From Alphaproteobacteria bacterium (GTDB lineage Bacteria > Pseudomonadota > Alphaproteobacteria > Rhizobiales > Beijerinckiaceae), in contig VGCJ01000003.1 in assembly GCA_016870035.1 (NCBI GenBank), positions 3,270 through 67,269 on the forward strand: DNA of 64,000 nt, in the 5' to 3' direction. The notes beneath the pieces were generated by a model. That model had not been told where the DNA came from. It worked only from the letters and a program-made list of their open reading frames with translations, and made no database searches. The position numbers were made by a program, and so were the translations under genes. Of the stretch, positions 39,539 to 49,643 are shown in pieces. Position 1 is the stretch's first letter. Each line of letters begins with the position of its first letter.

Positions 39539-41580
39539 ATGACCGAAACCACGCCCGACACCACAACAAGGCTCGCCGAATTAATCCGCACCCGTAACTC
39601 GGCCAAAGCCATTCCCGAGATCAAACAACAAATCACCCTATCCCCACGAGACGATCGCCTCTGGGCCCTTTTAGGCCAAGCGCATTTCCATGTGAACCAA
39701 TTTGCTGAGGCTATCACGGCTTTGCGCGAGGCTTTGCGCTTAAAACCCGATCATGCTGCCCATTGTGGAGATTTGGGTCTTGCCTTACGGGCGGATGGGC
39801 GCGTCACTGAAGCCGAGGCGTTATTGCGCGAAGCGATCCGCCGCGATGGTGCCAATCCCCTCTCCCGCTTTGCGCTTGGCAATCTCTTCGTGTCGCAAAG
39901 ACGTCATGAGGAAGCAATTTCCATCCTCGGAAGCATCTTGACGCAAAATCCCGGTTTCTTTCCAGCAATCGAAAATCTGGCATCGCTTTTTTCTGATCTC
40001 GGACGTCTTCAGGATGCGCTCAAACTCATCGAGACAGCGATTCAAAGAGCGCCACAAGATCACCGTCTCTATTCCATGCTCACGATCATTCTTGATAAAG
40101 GTGGCAATCAAAACGCAGCTCTTGATGTCACACTCAAAGCGATTGCGCTTGATCCGTCGAAGACACTCGATATGCGGCACGCCTCATTTATGTCTTTAAC
40201 GGGACGCACAGGACGCCTCGATCTTCGCGACAAGGTGATGGAATTATTAAACCCTGCCATCACGGAGACTTTACCGGAGGGTCAAACGGAATCTTGGACG
40301 AAACTTGATCGCAACGCGATGAGACGATTTATTTTTCTGTTTCCCTATTATGGCATTCCTGATCGTGCTTTGATGAAAGTTCATTCAACCGTCGGCAATG
40401 TGATTGCGGCAAGCTTTCCCGCAGAAAATATGCCACCACGATCCAAAAAAGAAAAAATCAGGATTGGTTATCTCTCGCATAATTTTGGCAATCATCCGAT
40501 TGGCCATTTGCTCTCCTGCTTTTTTGAAGCTCACGGTCATCAGGACCACGAAGTCTTTCTTTATGCCACACATATATTCGCGCAGGATGCGAGCGGTTAT
40601 GGTGAACGATTAAAACAAGCGGCCGATCACTTTATCGATTATCGCGGATGGTCCGATCAATTTTTTGCAAATAAAATTCATGATGATGAACTCGATATTT
40701 TGATTGATCTTGATGGCTATATGCACGGGGGTGTCCTGAAATGCTCGCTAAGCGCGTGGCGCGTGTTCAAATTCACTGGTTACAATCTTTGGCGGGATGT
40801 CCTGCGCCCTATATTGATTATACAATTATAGACCGTATCCTAGTGCCGGATCATGAGAGCGATCAGGGGAATGGTCCTTTGATCCGACTGGCCGATGCAT
40901 TTCAATGTGGTGAGCTTTTTGATCTTCCACCTTCGCCACCCTCACGTGCGACACATAGTTTACCCGATAATGCATTCGTCTATTGTGCATTCGGGAATTG
41001 GTTGAAAATCGACGAACATGTCTTTAACGACTGGATGAGCAGTCTAACTGCGGTTCCCACGAGTGTTCTGTGGTTGACCTCCGGGCCATTGCCTAATTCT
41101 CTCTCAACGCTTCAACGCTACGCGGAAGCACAAGGCGTTGACGGATCGCGATTGATCGTGGCACCGCGCAAGGATGATAAACTCTCCCATATTGATCGGC
41201 ATAGCTGTGCTGATCTTTATATCGATACTTATACATTCAGCGCCGCAACAAGCGCCACAGACGCGCTCTCGGCGGGTTTGCCTGTTCTTACAAAACGTGA
41301 CTCTACCGCCCAATCACGTCTTGCCGAAAGTTTAATCCGCGCAACAGGCGTTCCCCAGCTCGTCGAAGAGGATCGGTAAACCTATGTTGAAACAGCAATC
41401 GCACTTGCGAAAAATCCGGATCAATTAAAAAATCACCAGAAGGCGTTGCGAGATGTATTACCCAACGCGCCACTCTTTAATGCGCATCGCATGGTACGCC
41501 AATTCGAGATTATCTATGATCATGTGATCAAAAATTATCGCGTAGGGCTTAAACGCAAACATTTTGATGTCGTACTTTGA
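39539..41580 (+). pseudogene. TPR-repeat / O-GlcNAc-transferase-like (GT41, SPINDLY-type) glycosyltransferase carrying one frameshift and one in-frame TAA
   Basis: The N-terminal third is TPR (LGQAHF..., ...A..L.EAIRRD..NP). The GT part reads ...ILIDLDGYMHGGV in frame 1 and continues as PEMLAKRVARVQIHWLQSLAGCPAPYIDYTIIDRILVP in the next frame; the shift is near G5 at 40727-40731. A TAA at 41377-41379 lies within ...PQLVEEDR-TAA-TYVETAIALAKNPDQLKNHQKALR... The frame then stays open to the TGA at 41578-41580. Confidence 0.8.
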
Positions 41581-41595
41581 AATGACCGCGAAGAC

Positions 41596-43602
41596 TCAAG
41601 CGAATTCAAGAATGACTGCATCAACGGCGAGACTATCACCTTCTTTGGCGTGAATTTTTGAAATCTTGCCGTCACGCTCCGCGCGCAACACATTTTCCAT
41701 TTTCATCGCTTCGACAATGGCAAGAATTTCTCCGGCCTTGACCTCTTGCATTTCTTTGACCGCAATTGATCTCACAAGACCCGGCATCGGGCAAAGAAGC
41801 GCTTTGCCTGTATCGGCTTCGACGCGCTCCGGCATCAAGGCATGAAGTTCGACCTCACGTTCGGTGAACACACGAAGTGTGGCTGCGACGCCGGCATGAG
41901 CAACATGAATTCCGTTCAGCACGGTACGAATTTGCGCGGCGACGGGCTTATGGTTGATCGTTCCAAAAAATACGGGTTGTCCCGGCTTCCATTCGGAGTC
42001 AACAGAAAGCGTTTGTCGATTATGCGGGAGATAGATTTCAAAGACGTGATTATGATCAGCAATTTCAATCATTAAACGATGCGCACCAATCTCAACAACG
42101 CGACGACGATCGAAGCGCACGGGCACGGCGGCTCGCATTTGTCCTGAAATTTTACGTTTGCGTTCATTCAAACGATGATCAATAAAGGCCGCAATGGCTG
42201 CCAAGTGATCAAGCAATTCGCCTTCCGGCTCGATTGGATGAAACCCTTCCGGAAATTCCTCGGCAATAAATCCGGTTGAAAGACGCCCCGCTTTCCAACG
42301 CGGATGCGCCATCAACGCGGAAAGAAAGGGGATATTGTGGCGGATGCCTTCAATCGCAAAAGCATCAAGCGCATCAGCCTGTGCCGCGATTGCTTCGGCA
42401 CGCGTCGGCGCATGGCTCACAAGTTTTGCAATCATCGGATCATAGAAGATTGAAATCTCGCTGCCTTCATAAACGCCGGTATCATTTCTGATGGTGATGC
42501 CCTTGTCGCTCTGCTCGACCGGCGGACGATAGGTGACAAGGCGACCGGTTGAAGGCAGAAAATTACGTGTCGAATCTTCGGCATAGACGCGGCTTTCCAC
42601 CGCCCATCCATTAAGCTTCACATCAGCTTGCGTGAGGGCGAGCTTTTCACCAGTGGCGACCCTAATCATCTGTTCGACAAGATCGATACCGGTAATCAAT
42701 TCTGTGACAGGATGCTCGACTTGCAAACGCGTATTCATTTCAAGAAAGAAGAAGCTTCGGTCTTGTCCGGCAACAAATTCAACCGTGCCGGCAGAATCAT
42801 AGCCGACCGCTTTCGCAAGCGCGACCGCTTGCCCACCCATTTTTTTGCGCGTCGCTTCATCCAATAAAGGTGATGGCGCTTCTTCAATCACTTTTTGATT
42901 GCGGCGTTGAATAGAACATTCTCTCTCACCGAGATAAATCACATTGCCATGCTTATCGCCGAGTACTTGAATTTCGATATGGCGCGGATTGACAATAAAT
43001 TTTTCAACAAACACACGATCATTACCGAAGGACGAAGCCGCTTCCGATTTCGCGCGCACAAAACCTTCTGCCACTTCGCCTGATGAATACGCAATGCGCA
43101 TGCCTTTGCCACCGCCACCGGCTGAGGCTTTGATCATCACCGGATAGCCGATCTCATCGGCAATCTTCACTGCGTGATCCGGATTTTCAATGACACCCAA
43201 AAATCCAGGCACAGTTGAAACTTTTGCGGCATTAGCGAATTTCTTCGACTCAATTTTATCGCCCATCGCCTCAATCGCTTTCGGATTGGGGCCGATAATG
43301 ACGATACCTTCTGCTTTCAACGCTTCGGCAAAAGCCGCGCGCTCGGAAAGAAATCCATAACCGGGATGCACCGCTTCAGCGCCTGTCGCTTTGCAAGCGG
43401 CAATGATTTTTTCGATCACGAGATAGGATTGAGCAGCGGGCGCGGGACCGATATGGATGGCTTCATCGGCCATTTCGACATGCAGCGCGTCCTTATCAGC
43501 ATCGGAGTAAACGGCAACCGTTTTGATCCCCATGCGGCGCGCGGTCTTCATCACGCGGCAAGCAATTTCACCGCGATTGGCTATCAGAATCTTCTTGAAC
43601 AT
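41596..43602 (-). CDS. pccA: Propionyl-CoA (acyl-CoA) carboxylase alpha subunit: biotin carboxylase plus BCCP domain
   Basis: MFKKILIANRGEIACRV..., the ATP-grasp GGGGKGMR motif, and the C-terminal biotinylation motif EAMKME. 668 aa. Confidence 0.9.
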   Translation of the reverse strand: MFKKILIANRGEIACRVMKTARRMGIKTVAVYSDADKDALHVEMADEAIHIGPAPAAQSYLVIEKIIAACKATGAEAVHPGYGFLSERAAFAEALKAEGIVIIGPNPKAIEAMGDKIESKKFANAAKVSTVPGFLGVIENPDHAVKIADEIGYPVMIKASAGGGGKGMRIAYSSGEVAEGFVRAKSEAASSFGNDRVFVEKFIVNPRHIEIQVLGDKHGNVIYLGERECSIQRRNQKVIEEAPSPLLDEATRKKMGGQAVALAKAVGYDSAGTVEFVAGQDRSFFFLEMNTRLQVEHPVTELITGIDLVEQMIRVATGEKLALTQADVKLNGWAVESRVYAEDSTRNFLPSTGRLVTYRPPVEQSDKGITIRNDTGVYEGSEISIFYDPMIAKLVSHAPTRAEAIAAQADALDAFAIEGIRHNIPFLSALMAHPRWKAGRLSTGFIAEEFPEGFHPIEPEGELLDHLAAIAAFIDHRLNERKRKISGQMRAAVPVRFDRRRVVEIGAHRLMIEIADHNHVFEIYLPHNRQTLSVDSEWKPGQPVFFGTINHKPVAAQIRTVLNGIHVAHAGVAATLRVFTEREVELHALMPERVEADTGKALLCPMPGLVRSIAVKEMQEVKAGEILAIVEAMKMENVLRAERDGKISKIHAKEGDSLAVDAVILEFA

Positions 43603-43672
43603 ACCCTGCCCCGAACGGCCCCTTTATGTCATTCCGGTGACTCTTCTAGGGGGAAATCCGGTGAGGGTAAAC

Positions 43673-44206
43673 TCAACCCAAAGACGGATGGACCTCGAGC
43701 CCAGCCCAAGCTTCAAGCCCCACCTGAGCGCCCAGCCCTGCCTGTGAACCAAGCGAGGGCATAATGGAGAGCATGGCCGCGACCTCCCGCTGGCGGGCCC
43801 GCCGCGCCCGCGCGCCGGAGAGCATATCAAGCCGCTTTTTGAGAAGAGGGGGCGGATCAACGCATTCCTCGCTCAAAATCGTGAGAAGTGCCCGTGTCGA
43901 AGGCGTGGCACCCGTGCTGTCGAGACCCAAACGGAAGAGCAGCCATTCGAGATCCCGCTCGGATATCTGCCCCGTGGGACGCCGCTCCCAAATGAAATAG
44001 GTCGCCATTTGTTCGATAAAAAAGGAAATCCACAAAGGGCTCATCTCGCGCACATGGCGCTCAAGTCGCACCAGATCCCCCGCCTCGGTAGCGCTAAGAC
44101 CTCCGCCTACCGCCAATAAATCACGCAAGCGCTCGACATCGGCGTCTTCCACCGTCTGTCGTTCAATCAAAAGAGAAATGGTCGATCGAATTCGGCTCTT
44201 CGTCAT
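43673..44206 (-). CDS. Hypothetical protein with a low-complexity Gly/Leu/Ala C-terminal tail
   Basis: 177-aa ORF lying between pccA and pccB. No motif recognised. The last ~30 aa (SLGSQAGLGAQVGLEAWAGLE) look like read-through into non-coding sequence. Confidence 0.4.
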   Translation of the reverse strand: MTKSRIRSTISLLIERQTVEDADVERLRDLLAVGGGLSATEAGDLVRLERHVREMSPLWISFFIEQMATYFIWERRPTGQISERDLEWLLFRLGLDSTGATPSTRALLTILSEECVDPPPLLKKRLDMLSGARARRARQREVAAMLSIMPSLGSQAGLGAQVGLEAWAGLEVHPSLG

Positions 44207-44375
44207 CTTTATCGCTCGGCCTTATCCGCTCATCGCGGCTCGCCATGAGCCTTGCAAAGCGAGGCAAGAAAAAGGTTAATAAGGTCACGCCTTTCGAAAG
44301 TTTGGTTAAAGCTCTCTTTCCAAAATGCTCAAGATGCGTGTTGTCTTCTTCTGTTTTTGATGAAATCTATCTTCG

Positions 44376-45203
44376 ATGACCGTCTCGATCATCATTCCTG
44401 CATGTGACGCTGAAGCCACTTTGCCGCGCGCGCTCAAAAGCCTCTTTCGGCAAACGGAACCCGATTGGCAGGCGATCATTGTGTCTGACGATCAGCGCGA
44501 TTATGCGGCGTTTCTTTCTGGTCTCGTCATCAGCGATCCGCGTTTGTCTTTTGCCTCAACGGGACATTATCGCTCCGGTTGCCATCATGCGCGCAATGTC
44601 AGCTTCGAATTTGTCTCAGGCGATTATGTAACCCAGCTCGACGCGGATGATGAATTTACGCCGACGCGCCTGGCCGAGCTCTTGCCGCTCGCGCAACGCT
44701 ACGGCGCTGCAGCCGATAATCTCCTGATGATTGATGAGTTGACCGAAGCTAAAATCGCCACGGTTATGGGCGAGATGAAAGAGGTTCGTCATCTTGATCT
44801 TCAAAATTTTATGACCCTCAACGCGCCACTCGTTCCTCTGATCCGCCGCGATCATGTTTTACCGCGTGTGAAGGGTGTGGAATTTTCCGAAGATGTGATT
44901 GCCAATATCCAATTGATTGATCGTATCGGCGCTTTGCCCGTGACGCCTTCATCAAGCTATATCTACCGCATCAACACACAATCCATGGCGAATAAAGAAG
45001 GCGCGGCAGAAAAGTTTGAACGCGGTTATTCCGAATATATCGAGCGCTTGGATAAGGGTGACGGCTTCGGATTAAAGACTGAGAACCGTGTGATTGCACG
45101 TGAAGGGCTCGTTAAAAAGCGCGCACTTAATCGGGAATATGCAGAAGCCGTCACCAAAAATCCAAAGCTGACTTTTTCGGAATTTGTTGAGGAAAAGCGG
45201 TAA
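44376..45203 (+). CDS. Glycosyltransferase family 2
   Basis: VSIIIPACDAEATL N-terminus, a DD pair (IVSDDQRD), and the DxD-like LDADDEF motif. 275 aa. Confidence 0.75.
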   Translation: MTVSIIIPACDAEATLPRALKSLFRQTEPDWQAIIVSDDQRDYAAFLSGLVISDPRLSFASTGHYRSGCHHARNVSFEFVSGDYVTQLDADDEFTPTRLAELLPLAQRYGAAADNLLMIDELTEAKIATVMGEMKEVRHLDLQNFMTLNAPLVPLIRRDHVLPRVKGVEFSEDVIANIQLIDRIGALPVTPSSSYIYRINTQSMANKEGAAEKFERGYSEYIERLDKGDGFGLKTENRVIAREGLVKKRALNREYAEAVTKNPKLTFSEFVEEKR

Positions 45204-45216
45204 GAAAATTATTGTT

Positions 45217-45334
45217 CGTCATTGCGAGCGCGAGCGAAGCAATCCGAGTGGAGTCAAAAGAATAGGTGCAATGGCGTAGTGGCATTTTACTGGCAACCAT
45301 CAACTAGATTGCTTCGCGTCCGCTCGCAATGATG
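45217..45334. repeat. REP/MITE-like imperfect inverted repeat (28-nt arms, ~62-nt spacer)
   Basis: Left arm cgtcattgcgagcgcgagcgaagcaatc (45217-45244). Right arm gattgcttcgcgtccgctcgcaatgatg (45307-45334). The arms are reverse complements with about 4 mismatches. The cattgcgagcg...gaagcaatc core resembles intergenic repeat families seen in many proteobacteria. Confidence 0.7.
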
Positions 45335-45380
45335 GAAGACGGTTTACACTCCCCCACGCAATGACGGCAATCGCATTTTT

Positions 45381-45488
45381 CCCTCCCCTGCAGGGGAGGG
45401 TGGCAAACGCAAAGCGTTTGACGGATGGGGAATTTGCGAGACAGCCCCCTCCGTTCGCTTCGCGAACGCCTACCCCTGTAGGGGAAGG
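45381..45488. repeat. Cluster of short GC-rich palindromes
   Basis: Four elements. Perfect 20-nt palindrome ccctcccctgcaggggaggg (45381-45400). caaacgc-aaa-gcgtttg (45404-45420). gttcgc-ttc-gcgaac (45453-45467). Related imperfect palindrome cctacccctgtaggggaagg (45469-45488). Confidence 0.75.
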
Positions 45489-45558
45489 AAATAAAGGAAC
45501 CGTCGTGGTGAGGAGCATTGCAAAGCAATACGTCTCGAACCGCGTTGTTCCTAACCAC

Positions 45559-47091
45559 TCACAACGGGATATTGTCGTGTTTCTTCCAAGGACGTTCGGC
45601 CTTTTTAGTAGCCAGCATTGCCAATGCGCGCGCGACACGACGGCGGGTTGAATGCGGCATGATCACTTCGTCAATATAACCCCGCTCGGCAGCAACGAAG
45701 GGAGACAGAAACCGCTCTTCATAATCCTTTGTGCTTTTCGCGATTTTTTCCGGATCATTCATATCGACGCGGAAAATGATTTCGACCGCGCCTTTGGCAC
45801 CCATCACCGCGATTTGTGCGGTGGGCCAGGCATAATTTAAATCACCGCCCAAATGTTTCGACGCCATCACGTCATAAGCACCACCGAAGGCTTTGCGCGT
45901 GATCACCGTCACAAGCGGTACACTCGCTTCGCCATAAGCAAACAAAAGCTTCGCACCATGTTTGATCAAGCCGCCATATTCTTGCGCGGTGCCGGGAAGA
46001 AAGCCGGGGACATCAACGAAAGTGACAATCGGAATTTCAAACGCATCACAGAAGCGCACAAAGCGCGCCGCTTTGCGTGACGCATCAGAGTCAAGCACGC
46101 CCGCAAGCACCATCGGTTGATTGGCAACAATGCCGACCGTGCGCCCTTCCATACGGCCAAAACCGGTGATGATGTTTTTGGCAAAGCTTTCTTGGATTTC
46201 AAAAAAATCGCCTTCGTCAACTGTCTTTGAAATCAGCTCTTTCATATCATAGGGCTTGTTAGGATTTTCCGGCACAAGCGTATCGAGCGAAAGATCAACG
46301 CGGTCCGGTGTATCAAAGCTCGGCCAATGCGGCGCGCCATCTTTGTTGTTTGCGGGCAGGAAATCAATCAAGCGACGTACTTGCAAAAGCGCTTCGACAT
46401 CATTGTCCCATGCGCCATCCGCGACTGACGATTTCATTGTGTGAATTTTTGCGCCGCCCAATTCTTCGGCGGTCACGGTTTCGTTCGTCACGGTCTTCAC
46501 AACATCAGGGCCCGTGACAAACATATAGGAACGATCACGCACCATGAAAATGAAATCGGTCATTGCGGGTGAATAGACATCGCCACCCGCGCATGGGCCC
46601 AAGATCACAGAGATTTGTGGGATTACACCCGACGCAATCACATTGCGGCGAAACACTTCGCCATAGCCGCCAAGGGCTGCGACGCCTTCTTGAATACGCG
46701 CACCGCCCGCATCAAACAAACCGATGATAGGCGCACGCATTTTCAAAGCAAGATCTTGGATCTTGTTGATCTTCTGAGCATGGGTTTCGGAAAGTGAGCC
46801 GCCAAACACGGTGAAATCTTTTGCGAAGACGAAAACCGTTCGGCCATTCACAGTGCCCCAACCGGTGACAACACCATCACCCGGAATCTTGGTCTTTTCC
46901 ATGCCAAAATCGGTCGAGCGATGTTCAACAAACATATCGAATTCTTCGAAGGAGCTTTTATCGAGAAGCAGTTCAATCCGCTCACGGGCCGTGAGCTTGC
47001 CGCGCGCATGTTGTGCGTCGATCCGCTTTTGCCCGCCGCCAAGACGCGCTTCCGCGCGCCGCTGATCAAGCTTCTCAAGAATATCCTTCAT
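45559..47091 (-). CDS. pccB: Propionyl-CoA carboxylase beta subunit (carboxyltransferase)
   Basis: 510 aa. [20 protein letters not shown], and [14 protein letters not shown] motifs, typical of PccB. Confidence 0.95.
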   Translation of the reverse strand: MKDILEKLDQRRAEARLGGGQKRIDAQHARGKLTARERIELLLDKSSFEEFDMFVEHRSTDFGMEKTKIPGDGVVTGWGTVNGRTVFVFAKDFTVFGGSLSETHAQKINKIQDLALKMRAPIIGLFDAGGARIQEGVAALGGYGEVFRRNVIASGVIPQISVILGPCAGGDVYSPAMTDFIFMVRDRSYMFVTGPDVVKTVTNETVTAEELGGAKIHTMKSSVADGAWDNDVEALLQVRRLIDFLPANNKDGAPHWPSFDTPDRVDLSLDTLVPENPNKPYDMKELISKTVDEGDFFEIQESFAKNIITGFGRMEGRTVGIVANQPMVLAGVLDSDASRKAARFVRFCDAFEIPIVTFVDVPGFLPGTAQEYGGLIKHGAKLLFAYGEASVPLVTVITRKAFGGAYDVMASKHLGGDLNYAWPTAQIAVMGAKGAVEIIFRVDMNDPEKIAKSTKDYEERFLSPFVAAERGYIDEVIMPHSTRRRVARALAMLATKKAERPWKKHDNIPL

Positions 47092-47120
47092 GCGCCCCTG
47101 CCCTGACCTTTCAGTCCCTT

Positions 47121-47162
47121 AATAACAAAACCGGCGGCCCCGTGTTAGCACGGACCCGCCGG
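47121..47162 (-). terminator. Rho-independent terminator downstream of ohr
   Basis: On the minus strand: CCGGCGG-gtccgtgctaacacgggg-CCGCCGG followed by TTTTGTTATT. An inner GTCCGTG/CACGG pairing extends the stem. Confidence 0.7.
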
Positions 47163-47204
47163 AAGCGTGAGTGCGACGAAATGCGAGATGCCCCGCCTCA
47201 AGAC

Positions 47205-47627
47205 TTAGATGTGGAGCGTCACTTCCACATTGTCCCGCGTTGCGTTCGAATAGGGGCACACAATATGCGCCTCATCGACAAGCTTTTTGGCCGTCGCATG
47301 ATCAAGACCTGGCAGCGAGATGTGAAGATCGACCTTGATGGCGAAACCAGTCGGGATCGGGCCAATTCCGACATCGGCTGAAACTTTGGCATCATCGGCG
47401 ATTTTCACCCCGGCTTTGCCGGCGACAAACTTAACCGCGCCCAGAAAACAGGCTGAATATCCGGCAGCGAAAAGCTGTTCGGGATTAGTGGCCGCTCCAC
47501 CGCCGCCACCCATTTCCTTCGGCACGCTGAGCTTCAAATCGATCACATTGTCGGAGGACACCGCACGGCCATCGCGGCCGCCGGTTGCGGAGGCATGCGC
47601 CGTATAAACAACATTGGGCTTATCCAT
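47205..47627 (-). CDS. ohr: Organic hydroperoxide resistance protein (Ohr/OsmC family)
   Basis: ASATGGRDGRA N-terminus and two conserved Cys contexts (GYSACF and VCPYSNA). Start chosen at ATG 47627; the track ORF extends to 47681. Confidence 0.85.
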   Translation of the reverse strand: MDKPNVVYTAHASATGGRDGRAVSSDNVIDLKLSVPKEMGGGGGAATNPEQLFAAGYSACFLGAVKFVAGKAGVKIADDAKVSADVGIGPIPTGFAIKVDLHISLPGLDHATAKKLVDEAHIVCPYSNATRDNVEVTLHI

Positions 47628-47732
47628 AAGGGAAATTCTCCAAAAAAGAAACGACACGGCGAAAAAGCGTGTATGATTCAAAAAGCACGCCTGAAAATAA
47701 TTTTCAAGAATTATTGCGGGCGGATCCCCGGC

Positions 47733-48500
47733 TTAAAAGCTCGCAAGGATTGTGGCGGCAGCGCGAAATTCGATCTCGCGATGCGCGCGCCGCTCGAGCG
47801 CTTCCGTGTCCTGCCCCCAGATTTCCATCTGCACATCTTCATCGACATGCGCGGCATTCCAGATGGCCGTTGGCCCGAATGCACCTTCAGCCAGTGCAAG
47901 TGCCAGAAGTACAGAGCCCGTCATCGTTGTTACGACATGCAATGCGGACAGACGCAATGGATCAATGATCGCATGAAGATACGCATGCATTAATGATAAA
48001 GTATCTTCCGGTTGCGCGACATGGACAACGCCGCCTGCAAGCGTGAAACGCCAGCCATGCGTGTCTTTCGCCCATGCAAGCACCGGATCCCAATGAAGCG
48101 ATTGACGCTCGACAAGACGGCGCGGCTCTTCCACACGATAGCAAAGTAGATCGGAGCCCGCATAACGCGCGCAATCATCTGCCACTTCACTTCGTCTTTT
48201 CGCCACAGCATCAAGCGCAGAATTGACGATGCGCGTGATCGGCATTGTCGCAGGATCAATAAATTCACCGACTTGGCGCCATTCCTCAGCTGCAATTTCA
48301 GCAAGCGCGCGTGTGGGTAAAATCAGCGGCGCGCGTGCCGGTGTGCGTGTGGGGCGACCTTCGAGATGGATCGCGAAACCGCCCTCCTCCGTAACGCACG
48401 TCACATCTTTCCAAAATCTTTTCGGCAATGATTTTTTCAAATCACGCCGCGCCATCGTGATGGGATCGATGAGAGGTTTTGACTCGGATTCAGACGACAT
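47733..48500 (-). CDS. ATP12-family F1-ATPase assembly chaperone
   Basis: KRFWKDVT....GFAIHLEGRPTRTPA...L.LPT.ALAE.IA.EW is the characteristic ATP12 N-terminal pattern. Confidence 0.8.
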   Translation of the reverse strand: MSSESESKPLIDPITMARRDLKKSLPKRFWKDVTCVTEEGGFAIHLEGRPTRTPARAPLILPTRALAEIAAEEWRQVGEFIDPATMPITRIVNSALDAVAKRRSEVADDCARYAGSDLLCYRVEEPRRLVERQSLHWDPVLAWAKDTHGWRFTLAGGVVHVAQPEDTLSLMHAYLHAIIDPLRLSALHVVTTMTGSVLLALALAEGAFGPTAIWNAAHVDEDVQMEIWGQDTEALERRAHREIEFRAAATILASF

Positions 48501-48515
48501 GGAATGCGCTACTCA

Positions 48516-49643
48516 TTATTCTTCCGGCGCATCAACAATCGGATCATAGCGCTTGGCATCAAGACCCAAGAGATTGAAGCTCTGCAGCATATGCGGCGGC
48601 AAAGGTGCAGTGACATTAACAGGCTTGCCCGTGCGCGGATGGGGAATGACGATACGCCGCGCCATCAAATGCAAACGATTTTGAATGCCGCCCGGCACTT
48701 CCCAATTTTCAATATCGAAATATTTCGGATCTCCCAAAATCGGATGTCCCATATGCGCCGCGTGTGCGCGCAATTGATGCGTGCGCCCCGTAACCGGTTT
48801 CATGGAAAGCCAAGCAAGTTTTTGCGCAACCGTTTCAACAACGGCGTAGTAAGTCACTGCGTGGCTTGCACCCTCATCGCCATGTTTCGCGACCTGCATT
48901 TTCTGATCACCCTCATCATCTTCGCCTTTCGCGAGATAAGTCGAGATGCGGCCTTGTTTGACGCGCGGCACACCCGCAACAAGCGACCAATAAATTTTGC
49001 GTGTGTCACGCGAGCGAAAACTTTTCGCCAACGCTGACGCCGCAAATCGCGTCTTCGCGACAACAAGACATCCGGATGTATCTTTATCAAGACGATGGAC
49101 AAGACGCGGCTTTTGCCCTTGCGCATCACACAAGGCTTCAAGCATGCCATCAAGATGACGCACCGTGCCGGAACCGCCTTGCACCGCCAAGCCGAATGGC
49201 TTGTTGAGCACCATCATATCATCATCTTCAAAGAGGATCATCGCGCGAATGGCCGCTGCATCTGCCGCTTCCGTTTTTTCCAAACGCTTCGGCGCTTCAC
49301 CTTCTGCTGTCTCGATTTTTAACGGCGGAATACGCACGGCTTGACCGGCCTCTAATCGATCCTTTGTTTCAACGCGCTTGCCATTCACGCGCAATTCGCC
49401 CTTGCGCGTAATGCGTTGAATGTGACTGAAAGAGAGACCCGGAAAACGATGTTCAAGAAAACGATCGACCCGCATGTTATCTTCATCAGGCGTCACGGTG
49501 ACAGTAATCACATAGATCGGCAAAGCCGCGACTTTACGGGCGGGCTTTGCTTTTACCGGCGCTTGCACACGACCTTCAGCAATCGCGCGGGCTTTTTCTT
49601 TGGCTTGCTTGTCGCGTCTCACGAAAAAACCCTCACCGCCCAT
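48516..49643 (-). CDS. rluC: RluA-family 23S rRNA pseudouridine synthase (RluC-like) with an S4 domain
   Basis: S4 segment MRVDRFLEHRFPGLSFSHIQRITRKGELRVNGKR. Catalytic motif HRLDKDTSGCLVVAK. The start is uncertain because the ORF overlaps the crcB 3' end. Confidence 0.85.
   Translation of the reverse strand: MGGEGFFVRRDKQAKEKARAIAEGRVQAPVKAKPARKVAALPIYVITVTVTPDEDNMRVDRFLEHRFPGLSFSHIQRITRKGELRVNGKRVETKDRLEAGQAVRIPPLKIETAEGEAPKRLEKTEAADAAAIRAMILFEDDDMMVLNKPFGLAVQGGSGTVRHLDGMLEALCDAQGQKPRLVHRLDKDTSGCLVVAKTRFAASALAKSFRSRDTRKIYWSLVAGVPRVKQGRISTYLAKGEDDEGDQKMQVAKHGDEGASHAVTYYAVVETVAQKLAWLSMKPVTGRTHQLRAHAAHMGHPILGDPKYFDIENWEVPGGIQNRLHLMARRIVIPHPRTGKPVNVTAPLPPHMLQSFNLLGLDAKRYDPIVDAPEE

Noticed and set aside
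43673-43770. Gly/Leu/Ala-rich repeat at the C-terminus of the 177-aa hypothetical protein, considered as a possible tandem DNA repeat
   Set aside because: The underlying DNA shows only loose similarity between units (gggctgggc / ggggcttga / gggctgggctc). It is not a clean tandem repeat and more likely reflects GC-rich spacer sequence read in frame.
45300-45651. ORFs 45300..45638, 45304..45558 and 45361..45651 in the GT2-pccB spacer
   Set aside because: They are translations of the palindromic repeat cluster, which gives peptide strings such as SLRADAKQSS and PLQGRVANAKR that are typical of REP-element artefacts. They also run into the pccB 3' end.
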